A DNA stretch of 64,000 nucleotides from a virus (IMGVR_UViG_3300033068_001957:1-64000); one strand, 5' to 3'. Counted from the stretch's first letter, positions 54,120 through 62,849 are shown. Notes: a model not told the origin generated them from the sequence alone. A program made the numbers and translations.

Positions 54120-56546
54120 TTATTCGCAGACTACGCATCCTTCTTCTTTTCGGCAAACTGCACCTTCTTTATATTCTGGTTCTTTTTCTTCAATTTTTTT
54201 GATGCCAGAAGCTTCTTTATTCCGAAGATAATATGTGGATTTAAGTCCAAGCTCCCATGCGAGTTTGTAAATATTGCTGATTTCCTTAATGTCAGAGCCA
54301 GCGTAGTAGATATTTAGTGATTGACCCATATCAATCCAAACCTGCCGTGCGGCAGCAGCGCGAATCAAAGTCTTCATATCTCTATCCCAACATGAAGCAT
54401 AGAGTTCTTTTACTTCTTGTGGAATGTTTAGATATTTGATGTTGCCCTCGTTCTTCAAAAGGGCGCTACCAATTTGATGGCTCCAAAGGCCGCGTTTCTT
54501 AAGTTCGAGTTTCAACCATTGAAAGGCGTTGATATTATAGTTTGTTCCTGCGTCATTTTTGTAAACGGCCAAACACTCGTAAGTCGGCTCGATGCTCTGC
54601 TCGCAATTATGGATATAAGAAATTCCAGCCGTTGGAGCGATAGCTTGGGTATTGCTGTGGCGCATCCCGTGTTCTGCCACATGGGAGCGCACGATTGACC
54701 AATCTAATGTTTCTAACTCTGAAAGAGTGGGGGTCTTCGAACCGCGATATTCCATTAAGTTTCTATATGTATCTTGGGGTAGGAGTCCCTTACTCCAGAG
54801 ACTTCCCTCGTATGTAGAATACTTACCACGCTCTTTAGCTAATTCTGAGGACGCTAGAATTGCATGATATGAGATAAATTCTTGAATCTTCGATGCAAGT
54901 TTAACCCCCTCTTCTGAATCGTATTTGATTCCAAGGGCATAGCAAACATCTTGGAAACCCATAAATCCGAGAGCAATCGGACGATGTTTTAGATGAGCGA
55001 GCGTTTCGTGTGTCGGATAAAAATTAATGTCGATAGCATTATCAATTGCCCGAACTGTAGTTTTTACCGTTTTCGCGAGCTTATCCCAAAGAATAACGCC
55101 GTTCTCTACGTGATATTTTCCATTCACAGATGAAAGTTGGCAAACGTAAGTCTCGCCATGCTCAATAATATCCCCTAACTCAGATAACTTAGTCTTCTTA
55201 TTATGAAGAAAAATCTCCGTGCAAAGTTGCGTATTATGAATAATACCTTGATGAATATTAGAATATCTAATATTTGCGGGGTCTTTAAAGGTTATCCATG
55301 GATGACTAGTTGAAAACAAAAGTTTAAGATGCTCCGTCCAGAAATCAATGGCTTTAATTTTTTCAAATTTAATTTCGCCCGCTTCTGCTTTTTCTACATA
55401 TTGGCGATATTTTTCGTTAAATTCCTTGCCGTAGATTTCGTGCAATTCAGGAACATCTTTTGGATCAAAGAGATACCAATAGTCTTTATTCTTTAGGCGA
55501 TTAAAAAATTCGTCTGGATACCAAGCGGCAGTATTAAGTTTGTGGGTGCGTTCCCATTCTTCGCCAGTAGCCTTTCGAAGTTCCATAAAGCGTTTGAAAT
55601 CCATATGCCAAGTTTCCATATAGACGCAAGCCGAACCTGCTCTTTTGCCACCCTGATTGAAAGCCTTAATCATAGATTCAACCATTTTAATAAAGGGGAT
55701 TGGGCCGCTGGAAACGCCATTTGTACTTTTAATATGGGAGCCAGAGGCGCGAAGGCTTGTAACATCAATCCCAAGACCGCCCGCATATTTACTCATTCGC
55801 GAATTTTGCCACAACATGTAACCAATACTATTAGCGTCGTCACTAATAGTAGAACCGAAACAGGATGCCGTCTGAGAATGAAGAGTCCCCGAGTTAAAAA
55901 GAGTGGGGGTGGAGGCGCTGGCTAGAAAATTTGAATAATTATTATAAAACTCTATTGCCACATCTTCTTTATTTTCTTCCAGAAGGCAAAGGCCCATCGC
56001 TACGCGCATCCAAAAAGCTTGGGGCGTTTCGATAATCTTTTTGTCGATTTTAAAGAGGTATTTTTGGCGAAGATTTTTCATGCCTGCAAGAGAAAGAAAT
56101 TCATCTCTTTGGGGCGAAATTGCTTGCGAAATCTTTTTAAGATCAAATTCTAGCAAACGTGGGTCAAAAAATCCTTCTTTGACTCCTTTTTTCAAACCCT
56201 TAATGAAGGCTGAACGGTAATCATCTACGAATGTAACGTCTGTAATTGAATCTTTGAAGATTTCTTTATAGAGACAATTCAGGGAAAGTCTTGCCGCAAC
56301 GTATGACCAATTGGGGTCTTTTGGAATTTTTGCCGCCGCAGCTTCAATCAGAGCTTCGTCGATGCTTTCTGTCGGGACTTTATCGTAAAGTTTAATTTGC
56401 GCATCAATAACAAGCTCTGAGGGTGAAACATCTTCAAGATTTTGGCACGCTCGTTCTGCTACTTTATTTACTTTGTCTGGATTAAATTGTTCGATTCTGC
56501 CATTCCGTTTCTTTACCGAGAGTTTTCCGCGTTCCATTTTTTCCAT
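54120..56546 (-). CDS. nrdA: class I ribonucleotide reductase alpha subunit with ATP-cone
   Basis: VKKRNG cone, TPTLFNSGT, SCF, LCTEI, IAPTA, TYYLR, C-terminal Cys cluster; GTGTAAC at 56556-56562. Confidence 0.95.
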   Translation of the reverse strand: MEKMERGKLSVKKRNGRIEQFNPDKVNKVAERACQNLEDVSPSELVIDAQIKLYDKVPTESIDEALIEAAAAKIPKDPNWSYVAARLSLNCLYKEIFKDSITDVTFVDDYRSAFIKGLKKGVKEGFFDPRLLEFDLKKISQAISPQRDEFLSLAGMKNLRQKYLFKIDKKIIETPQAFWMRVAMGLCLLEENKEDVAIEFYNNYSNFLASASTPTLFNSGTLHSQTASCFGSTISDDANSIGYMLWQNSRMSKYAGGLGIDVTSLRASGSHIKSTNGVSSGPIPFIKMVESMIKAFNQGGKRAGSACVYMETWHMDFKRFMELRKATGEEWERTHKLNTAAWYPDEFFNRLKNKDYWYLFDPKDVPELHEIYGKEFNEKYRQYVEKAEAGEIKFEKIKAIDFWTEHLKLLFSTSHPWITFKDPANIRYSNIHQGIIHNTQLCTEIFLHNKKTKLSELGDIIEHGETYVCQLSSVNGKYHVENGVILWDKLAKTVKTTVRAIDNAIDINFYPTHETLAHLKHRPIALGFMGFQDVCYALGIKYDSEEGVKLASKIQEFISYHAILASSELAKERGKYSTYEGSLWSKGLLPQDTYRNLMEYRGSKTPTLSELETLDWSIVRSHVAEHGMRHSNTQAIAPTAGISYIHNCEQSIEPTYECLAVYKNDAGTNYNINAFQWLKLELKKRGLWSHQIGSALLKNEGNIKYLNIPQEVKELYASCWDRDMKTLIRAAAARQVWIDMGQSLNIYYAGSDIKEISNIYKLAWELGLKSTYYLRNKEASGIKKIEEKEPEYKEGAVCRKEEGCVVCE

Positions 56547-56668
56547 AGTCTAAAAGTTACACGACAAGAACGCTTTGGGCAAGTTGTTTTTTGCAGTGTT
56601 TTGGATTATTTTTGGCGCGAAAACTAGATTCTCAAATTTGCGAGTTTCAGTTTTCGCCGAAAGTTTAA

Positions 56669-56719
56669 TGGACACTTTTTGTCCATTTCGCTAAAATCGT
56701 GGACACTTTTTGTCCATTT
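56669..56719. repeat. two identical 20-bp palindromic boxes TGGACACTTTTTGTCCATTT
   Basis: 56669-56688 and 56700-56719, 31 bp apart, TGGACA-N5-TGTCCA. Confidence 0.9.
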
Positions 56720-56793
56720 GGCAACTTTTTTAAAATAGTTTGAAAGATTGTGTGAAAGAAAGTGTAAGTATTGGGGAAACCTAAGAGGATGGG

Positions 56794-57073
56794 GCCAAGC
56801 GAAGCGGCAAGTAGGAGAAAAAGCTGAAAGCATCAGCGAAGCGATTAAAACGATAGCAATGATAAACGCTTAAACTCCTTGATAACATAAACAATGAATA
56901 GCTTGAAACGAGGAACGAGTTGAAAGCTTAAAGGAGTTTGAGGATTAATCCTCATTCAAAGCTGGAATGAGGAACGAATGGAAGCGGTTATAATGTGCGA
57001 AGCACCTAATGTACCAGAGAACATACGCTATCGTATGTAGTACGCGATTCCAGAAAAGCCCTTCGGGCGAAGC
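56794..57073 (+). other. cluster of GAA-triloop hairpins; candidate replication origin / ssDNA signal
   Basis: Four GCGAAGC copies plus GA-mismatch hairpins in non-coding DNA at the strand switch. Confidence 0.55.
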
Positions 57074-57203
57074 AAAATATTAGAATCTTCTGTAGGTCCG
57101 CCGATTGTTAAAGGCTCACATCTATCTTTTCGGCGCAAAATATTTTTGGCCGCTCTCATTATTTTCTTGCAAGAAAACTAATCTAGTGTACGTTTGTACC
57201 TCG

Positions 57204-57557
57204 ATGAACCTATACAGACTCATAGTACTCCACGGCGGGCCGAAAAGCTCTTGCACAGCAACGTTTGGTTATATGCTCGCGGAAAATGATGAGCAAGTTT
57301 ATAATCGCCTGAATGATGAAGCGTTTTGGAACGAAGCAGATGAATCTTACATTCTAGAGCGAGAAGAATACCCAGATATGTTTGATCCTGCCCGTCCTAC
57401 GCCCAAAGAACAGATTATGAAGGATTGCGGTGATTTAAAAGACGATAACTGGGACGACGCCTACTACGGTATTTGGAAATACGGCTGGGAAAATCTTGGC
57501 CCAATTACCAACGAAGAGTCTGATGTGTTGGCGAAATTTAAAATGTTAATTGCATGA
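57204..57557 (+). CDS. hypothetical protein
   Basis: Likely start MNLYRL; TTGCAA-16-TACGTT upstream. Confidence 0.55.
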   Translation: MNLYRLIVLHGGPKSSCTATFGYMLAENDEQVYNRLNDEAFWNEADESYILEREEYPDMFDPARPTPKEQIMKDCGDLKDDNWDDAYYGIWKYGWENLGPITNEESDVLAKFKMLIA

Positions 57558-57757
57558 ATAGTACACTTGCCGAACTTGAAAAAATAGCCTCGCTACACTA
57601 TTGGGCTTATCATAACATCGTGGATAAAGTTCGTGAGATTTACCCCTGCGAAGATTCTGAGCGCTGGGATTTCGACGAGGAAACAGAATCTTTCCGCAAA
57701 ATTAATCTGCCGTCTTTGGAGTGGCAACCCTTCGAAGAAGCAAATGAGCCATTTTAA
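57554..57757 (+). CDS. hypothetical protein
   Basis: ATGA overlap, 67 aa. Confidence 0.5.
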   Translation: MNSTLAELEKIASLHYWAYHNIVDKVREIYPCEDSERWDFDEETESFRKINLPSLEWQPFEEANEPF

Positions 57758-57760
57758 TAT

Positions 57761-57988
57761 ATGCAACTAATTGAATTCCCTCAACAAACCGTTATCATCG
57801 CCAAAGACCAGCCCGAATATTTGCCGCTTCCCGCACATATTTCTAATGAGGGAATCGTCACATGCTGTTGGGAGCTATCTGATGATGATATTGCTCAAAT
57901 CATTAAAACGCGCAAAATCTGGCACCAAATTTGGGCGTTCAGAAAACCTTTGCAGCCACAATTGTTATTAACAGAATGTCCGCTATGA
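57761..57988 (+). CDS. conserved small phage protein
   Basis: IAKDQPEYLPLPAH..CCWELS..PLQP motif. Confidence 0.6.
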   Translation: MQLIEFPQQTVIIAKDQPEYLPLPAHISNEGIVTCCWELSDDDIAQIIKTRKIWHQIWAFRKPLQPQLLLTECPL

Positions 57989-58179
57989 ATAGTCCATACC
58001 CTACAACCACCATTGATTCCGTTATCGCTTTGCTCCAAAAAGCAAGAGAAGAATTAGGCGGCGATCATTATTGTCAAATGCACAACGGCGCGGGGGATTT
58101 GATTGATCCTAGTGATTATGATATCCAAGCCGTATGCAGAGGTTCGGCATGCTGGGAAACAATGTATTTGGTGGGTTAA
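57985..58179 (+). CDS. hypothetical protein
   Basis: ATGA overlap, MNSPYP start. Confidence 0.45.
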   Translation: MNSPYPTTTIDSVIALLQKAREELGGDHYCQMHNGAGDLIDPSDYDIQAVCRGSACWETMYLVG

Positions 58180-58183
58180 ATAT

Positions 58184-58339
58184 ATGGACAAAGAACCCGC
58201 GCAAAAGATAATCGCCGCCTTAATTGATCATCGAGGATGCAATTCTTGGTGGTCGCAACTAAAGAAGGATCAACGTAACGAAGTGATTGAAGAAATCGCC
58301 GCGATTATTGATGAGTATATAGAATTCAACTATCGATAA
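58184..58339 (+). CDS. hypothetical protein
   Basis: MDKEPAQ start, fills the gap. Confidence 0.4.
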   Translation: MDKEPAQKIIAALIDHRGCNSWWSQLKKDQRNEVIEEIAAIIDEYIEFNYR

Positions 58340-58342
58340 TTT

Positions 58343-58891
58343 ATGATAAAGATAATTCTCGCGGACCTCGACGGAACGCTAAATGACTTCTTCGGTTACG
58401 CATTTCAAATTTTAGACGATAAATTCCCAAATAGAATAACAAAAGAAGAATATCTGGCCAATCCATCTTTTAATATGGCCGAAAAGTTTAAGATTTCAGA
58501 CAAAGAATTTTGGGCGACAATAGATAAGGGAAGATTTTGGTATAATATTCCTCAACTTCCATGGACAAGACAGCTATACGAATTTATTGGTAGATTTGCT
58601 CCTGTAGTAATTGCGAGTTCTCCATCCGAAAATCCAGATTGTATTGCTCAAAAGCTAGATTGGCTGGATAAGCATTTGGGCGTTTCTACAAAAGATTGCA
58701 TGTTTGGCTCGAAGAAACATCTGATGGCAAACTCAGAAACTCTTCTTATTGATGATTATCCTAGCAATTGTGACAAATTTATTGCTGCGGGCGGACACGC
58801 TATTTGCGTTCCCTCTACTTGGAATACAAAAAATCTGCAATACAACGACATCTTAGAAAGAATCGTTAGACATCCAGCGTTCAATAAGTAG
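58343..58891 (+). CDS. 5'(3')-deoxyribonucleotidase (HAD, NT5C-like)
   Basis: ADLDGTLNDF, K..WL, LLIDDYPSN. Confidence 0.85.
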   Translation: MIKIILADLDGTLNDFFGYAFQILDDKFPNRITKEEYLANPSFNMAEKFKISDKEFWATIDKGRFWYNIPQLPWTRQLYEFIGRFAPVVIASSPSENPDCIAQKLDWLDKHLGVSTKDCMFGSKKHLMANSETLLIDDYPSNCDKFIAAGGHAICVPSTWNTKNLQYNDILERIVRHPAFNK

Positions 58892-59500
58892 ATGCATTCA
58901 TATACTATCTTAGTCGGAGGTTGCGCAAGAACGGGGAAAAGTTTAATGGGCCGCTGTATTCTCAGATTTCTTGCTGAAAATAATATTTGTGCCAAAGAAT
59001 ATGCATTTGCCAACGAATTAAAAAAAGAATGTAACCCATTCACTCTGTTAAATCTTGGAATCTCTAGTTTCACGGAGGATGATGATGAGAAACCCATTAT
59101 TAGAAGCTTATTGCGTTGCTGGGGCACTGATATATGGCGCAAATTAGATAAAGATCATTGGATTAAAAAGGTAGAATTGGCAATTAAAAACGATTCGACG
59201 CCGCATATTGCCGTAATTAATGACGGTCGATTTGAGAATGAGGTTCTATGGGCGCAGAAAAGTGGTTTTGTTATTCATCTCGAAAGAACTATCGGCGGAG
59301 AAATTTTGCCGCCGAATAATAAAGACGAGCAAGAAAATGACCCAATTGTTAAAGAATTAGCAAATTATCGTCATGTTTGGCCAACTTTTGGTGATGATCA
59401 TGCTAATCTTGGTTATTATAACGTGAGCGAATTGATGAGAATGTTATTCGCGGACCAAATAAACACATGGCAAAAAGATTTTCCTCCGATCAAGATTTAA
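58892..59500 (+). CDS. deoxynucleoside monophosphate kinase
   Basis: GCARTGKS, FANELK, R.LL..WGTD..R..D..HW, INDGRFENE. Confidence 0.85.
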   Translation: MHSYTILVGGCARTGKSLMGRCILRFLAENNICAKEYAFANELKKECNPFTLLNLGISSFTEDDDEKPIIRSLLRCWGTDIWRKLDKDHWIKKVELAIKNDSTPHIAVINDGRFENEVLWAQKSGFVIHLERTIGGEILPPNNKDEQENDPIVKELANYRHVWPTFGDDHANLGYYNVSELMRMLFADQINTWQKDFPPIKI

Positions 59501-60036
59501 AGCTCATTGAGGCTGTAAAAGAAACGGGCGACAGTGCTGCAATGACTCAACTCATACAGTTGCACAGCGGTTTATACTCAGAAGTGCTGGCTAACAGCCT
59601 GTCTTCCGATTATGAAGTATTTAAGCAAGAATTGCGCGAAGATAAAGACTATTTGATGTATAAGTACACCATGGATTACGATCCTTCCAAAAACATGAAA
59701 TACCCTACTTACGTAGGCCAGCGTGTCAAATGGATGTGTATGAATATCGTTAATCGCTCTAAACCTTGGCAATCCCTAGAAGAAGGCTCATTCGATTGCT
59801 CTTACGAGCAAGAATTCGAAGATTTAGATCAAAAAAGACTTGACGAAATAAAATCCCTCGCCGATACTTATCCAGACAAGCGAATCATCCAAATCATCAA
59901 CGAGAGATACTTCTTCAAAACCCCTACAAGCTGGAAAGACCTGTCAGCCAAAATGGCTAATGGCCAGCAAGCTCTAATGAGCCTACATAAGAAATTCTTA
60001 ATTTGGGCAAAACCAAAGATGAGCAAGTATATTTGA
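59467..60036 (+). CDS. phage sigma70-family RNA polymerase sigma factor
   Basis: AMTQLIQLHSGL, YDPSKNMKYPTYV (region 2), IINERYF..SWKDLS (region 4). Confidence 0.7.
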   Translation: MAKRFSSDQDLKLIEAVKETGDSAAMTQLIQLHSGLYSEVLANSLSSDYEVFKQELREDKDYLMYKYTMDYDPSKNMKYPTYVGQRVKWMCMNIVNRSKPWQSLEEGSFDCSYEQEFEDLDQKRLDEIKSLADTYPDKRIIQIINERYFFKTPTSWKDLSAKMANGQQALMSLHKKFLIWAKPKMSKYI

Positions 60037-60038
60037 TT

Positions 60039-60224
60039 ATGAATACTGACACAGGAGAAATTCTCCCTTATGAAGATATTCCAGCAGAACTGGCACACAA
60101 ATTTGTGCCAATAAATCGCTCTCTTTCGATGAAGGAAAAGATGAAAATGCAAATCGCACTCTATTCCCCATGCGGATGTGGGAGCGGAAAGAAATTTAAA
60201 TTTTGCTGCAAAACAAATAAATAA
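60039..60224 (+). CDS. SEC-C metal-binding motif protein
   Basis: PCGCGSGKKFKFCC. Confidence 0.7.
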   Translation: MNTDTGEILPYEDIPAELAHKFVPINRSLSMKEKMKMQIALYSPCGCGSGKKFKFCCKTNK

Positions 60225-60225
60225 T

Positions 60226-60549
60226 ATGACAAAGGAACAATCAATCATCGCCGCCAAACAATTCCGTAAAGATGCGGATGAACTTCTTCAACGAATGAAG
60301 GAGCATACGCAAATCTTGTGTGAAACACGCCAAGATATGAATAAGGGCGGCATTCTCCCTTTCGATGAAAGATTTGAGAATATTAACGAGGTTATTGCTC
60401 AGCACATTATTAGTACCCGCGATCTTGAATCTTGCATTATGCGTCAAGGTATGGTTTTGAAATATATTGGAACGCCAAATCCTTATCCTGACAGCAAAAA
60501 TCCAGATAATACTATCGTCAATCCTACTGCGGATGGACTAAAGATGTAA
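60226..60549 (+). CDS. hypothetical protein
   Basis: MRQGMVLKYIGTPNPYPDS...PTADGLKM. Confidence 0.6.
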   Translation: MTKEQSIIAAKQFRKDADELLQRMKEHTQILCETRQDMNKGGILPFDERFENINEVIAQHIISTRDLESCIMRQGMVLKYIGTPNPYPDSKNPDNTIVNPTADGLKM

Positions 60550-60558
60550 TTTAAGTTT

Positions 60559-61428
60559 ATGGGTGAAGAAAATGGGAAATGTAGCGTAGTGTGCGGTATT
60601 TACAAAATCACGAATAAAAAAACGAAGAAAGTTTACATTGGAAGCTCCGAAAATCTAAAGAAAAGATTTTACGATCATAGAAGTGACTTAGAGAATAATA
60701 GGCATAAAAATTTTAAACTCCAAAATTCTTGGAATAAACATGGAAGCTCTGAATTTGCATTTGAAATAATTCTATTTTGTAGAGAAGATGATTTAATACA
60801 AAACGAACAAATGTTTATTGATTTTCATAGCACTGAAAGCATGTATAACATATGTCTAATCGCGGGGAATACAAAGGGCTATAAACACACAGAAGAATCG
60901 AAAATAAAAATTGGGAAAAATAGTTTGGGCAATAAACACTCTTTGGGAAGGAAGCTTTCTGACGATCATAAAAAAATAATAAAAGAATCGCTTAAAGCGA
61001 GAGTCATTACCAAAGAAACGAGAGAAAAGCTCTCAAAAATTCACAAAGGAAAGCCAAAGTCGGAAGACCATAAAAGAAAAATAGCCGAAACTTTAAAAGG
61101 AGTTCCCTTGCCAGAAAAGGCTCGGATCAATTCACAGACGCCCGAAGCTATAGAAAAAAGAAGACAAAAATTATTAGGAAGACCTCTTAGCGAAGACCAT
61201 AAGAAAAAATTAAAAGGCTCTAGAACAGAAGAAGGAACTAAGGCGTGGAGAGAAAAAATGGTTGGAAGAAAACAAACTGAAAGTCATATGATTAATGCAA
61301 GAGAGGGGCGTAGAAAACGTAGGGAAAAAGACCTTGCAGAAAAACTCCAAAAAGAATTTAATCTCGGAAAAAATGAAACCACTGTTAGTATAGTGGTGGA
61401 AGATATAAAACAACAAACAACAAAGTAA
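60559..61428 (+). CDS. GIY-YIG homing endonuclease with NUMOD3 repeats
   Basis: GIYKITN..VYIGSS..R..H; HTEESKIKI / LSDDHKK / KSEDHKRKI repeats. Confidence 0.9.
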   Translation: MGEENGKCSVVCGIYKITNKKTKKVYIGSSENLKKRFYDHRSDLENNRHKNFKLQNSWNKHGSSEFAFEIILFCREDDLIQNEQMFIDFHSTESMYNICLIAGNTKGYKHTEESKIKIGKNSLGNKHSLGRKLSDDHKKIIKESLKARVITKETREKLSKIHKGKPKSEDHKRKIAETLKGVPLPEKARINSQTPEAIEKRRQKLLGRPLSEDHKKKLKGSRTEEGTKAWREKMVGRKQTESHMINAREGRRKRREKDLAEKLQKEFNLGKNETTVSIVVEDIKQQTTK

Positions 61429-61434
61429 ATAGAC

Positions 61435-61827
61435 ATGACATCATTAACAATCGTAGGGAACGTGTGTGCGGAGCCAGAGGTCCGCCAAACAAATAGTGGA
61501 ATGCAAATCGTCGAACTTCGTATCGCTTCCAACGAAGGAAAAGACAAAACCGTATTCTGGACAACAAAATTCCTAGGAAATAAAGCTGGGGAAGTGGCGG
61601 CCAAATATGTAAAGAAAGGCTCTCTCGTTGCCGTTACTGGTAGCGTTGACGAGGAAACGTGGGAATCTAATGGTCAAAAGAAAAGCAAAATGATTTGCCT
61701 CGCCAATAGTTTTAACTTTGTCGGCGGGAAACCAGATGGTGCCTCGCAGACTACAGGAACAGCGAAAACAAAAGCTTCTGCGCCAAAAGAACAAGAACAG
61801 GGAAATGAAGATTTTGTTCCATTTTAA
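61435..61827 (+). CDS. ssb: single-stranded DNA-binding protein
   Basis: IVGN..PEVRQT, YVKKGSLVAVTG, acidic EDFVPF tail. Confidence 0.92.
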   Translation: MTSLTIVGNVCAEPEVRQTNSGMQIVELRIASNEGKDKTVFWTTKFLGNKAGEVAAKYVKKGSLVAVTGSVDEETWESNGQKKSKMICLANSFNFVGGKPDGASQTTGTAKTKASAPKEQEQGNEDFVPF

Positions 61828-62570
61828 TGAGTTTGGAATCTAAAATTTTAGAAGTCGCAAACGAACTAGGTCATATGCCATCTCGCTATGACCTAGAATT
61901 TCGTAATCTTGGTTTTCTATCAAGCCAGATTCAAAGAAATGGGGGATTTAAACACTGGGCTAAAGTTTTACAGCTAGACTCTAAAAAACCCACAATTTCA
62001 TGGACGGAAGAAAAATTAGTTAATGAATTATCATTAATATGCAATGCTATTGGTAAATTCCCTTCTTCATCCTGTTTAAAAGAAATGGGAAGAAATGATA
62101 TTTCCTCTCAAGTGAGCAGGAGAGGAGGATTTCAATTTTGGGCTCAAAAGGTTGGATTTAAAAGAGAGCATAGCGATTCTGATACTGGCTGGGATGGCGA
62201 AAGATCATTGGCAAACATTCTGGTTGAAAAGGGTTTTTCATGCGAGTCAGCATCTTATGTTAAATGTCCTTATGATCTTAAAGTAAATTCTTTAGTTAGA
62301 ATTGATGTAAAATCAGCAAACTATGCTGAATATGGAGCGTCTAGAGGATGGTTTTTCCGAATTGCAAAAGATGCGCAAGCTGATATTTTGGCGTTGTATC
62401 AAATAGACACTCAAGATGTCTATTTTATTCCTTGGAATATCTGCCCCAAAACAAATATTACAATTTCTCGCGGCGGAGGAAAATATGCCGAATTCAAAAA
62501 TAGATTTGACATTCTCGAAAAACTTATTAAATTGAAGGATGAAGAACAAAAAATCTGGCCTGTAATATAA
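61827..62570 (+). CDS. PD-(D/E)XK homing-type endonuclease with N-terminal repeats
   Basis: Two LG..PS...GGF..WA repeats; PYDL..RIDVKSA. Confidence 0.7.
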   Translation: MSLESKILEVANELGHMPSRYDLEFRNLGFLSSQIQRNGGFKHWAKVLQLDSKKPTISWTEEKLVNELSLICNAIGKFPSSSCLKEMGRNDISSQVSRRGGFQFWAQKVGFKREHSDSDTGWDGERSLANILVEKGFSCESASYVKCPYDLKVNSLVRIDVKSANYAEYGASRGWFFRIAKDAQADILALYQIDTQDVYFIPWNICPKTNITISRGGGKYAEFKNRFDILEKLIKLKDEEQKIWPVI

Positions 62571-62573
62571 GAT

Positions 62574-62849
62574 ATGAAAACCCTCTTACTTTTCCTATTC
62601 TTCTCGTTTTCGCTTCTGGCAGGCGATACAGCAACGACGGTTAATCGCCCTCAGTACTTGGGTGGAGGCTCTGTAACTACAGTCCAGAGCGGCGGAAACA
62701 CTACTAACGTAGTCGTCACGGCGCGGCCCAGCTATTTGGGTGGCGGAAGTAATGTCAAAGTTTCTTCGGGCGGTAAAACTATGGGTTCTGCGACAATCGT
62801 TGCTAAGCCAGTATATCTTGGCGGTGGATCGACAATTAAATCAAAGTGA
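62574..62849 (+). CDS. secreted small repeat protein
   Basis: Sec signal MKTLLLFLFFSFSLLA; three (R/K)PxYLGGGS repeats. Confidence 0.65.
   Translation: MKTLLLFLFFSFSLLAGDTATTVNRPQYLGGGSVTTVQSGGNTTNVVVTARPSYLGGGSNVKVSSGGKTMGSATIVAKPVYLGGGSTIKSK

Noticed and set aside
56624-56833. 69-aa minus-strand ORF in the hairpin region
   Set aside because: It runs across palindromic repeats, has no family features and has atypical composition.
56669-56990. CRISPR-like mini-array from the 20-bp repeats or the GAGGAACGA repeats
   Set aside because: Only two copies each, an 11-bp gap for the 20-mer, no regular period and no cas genes.
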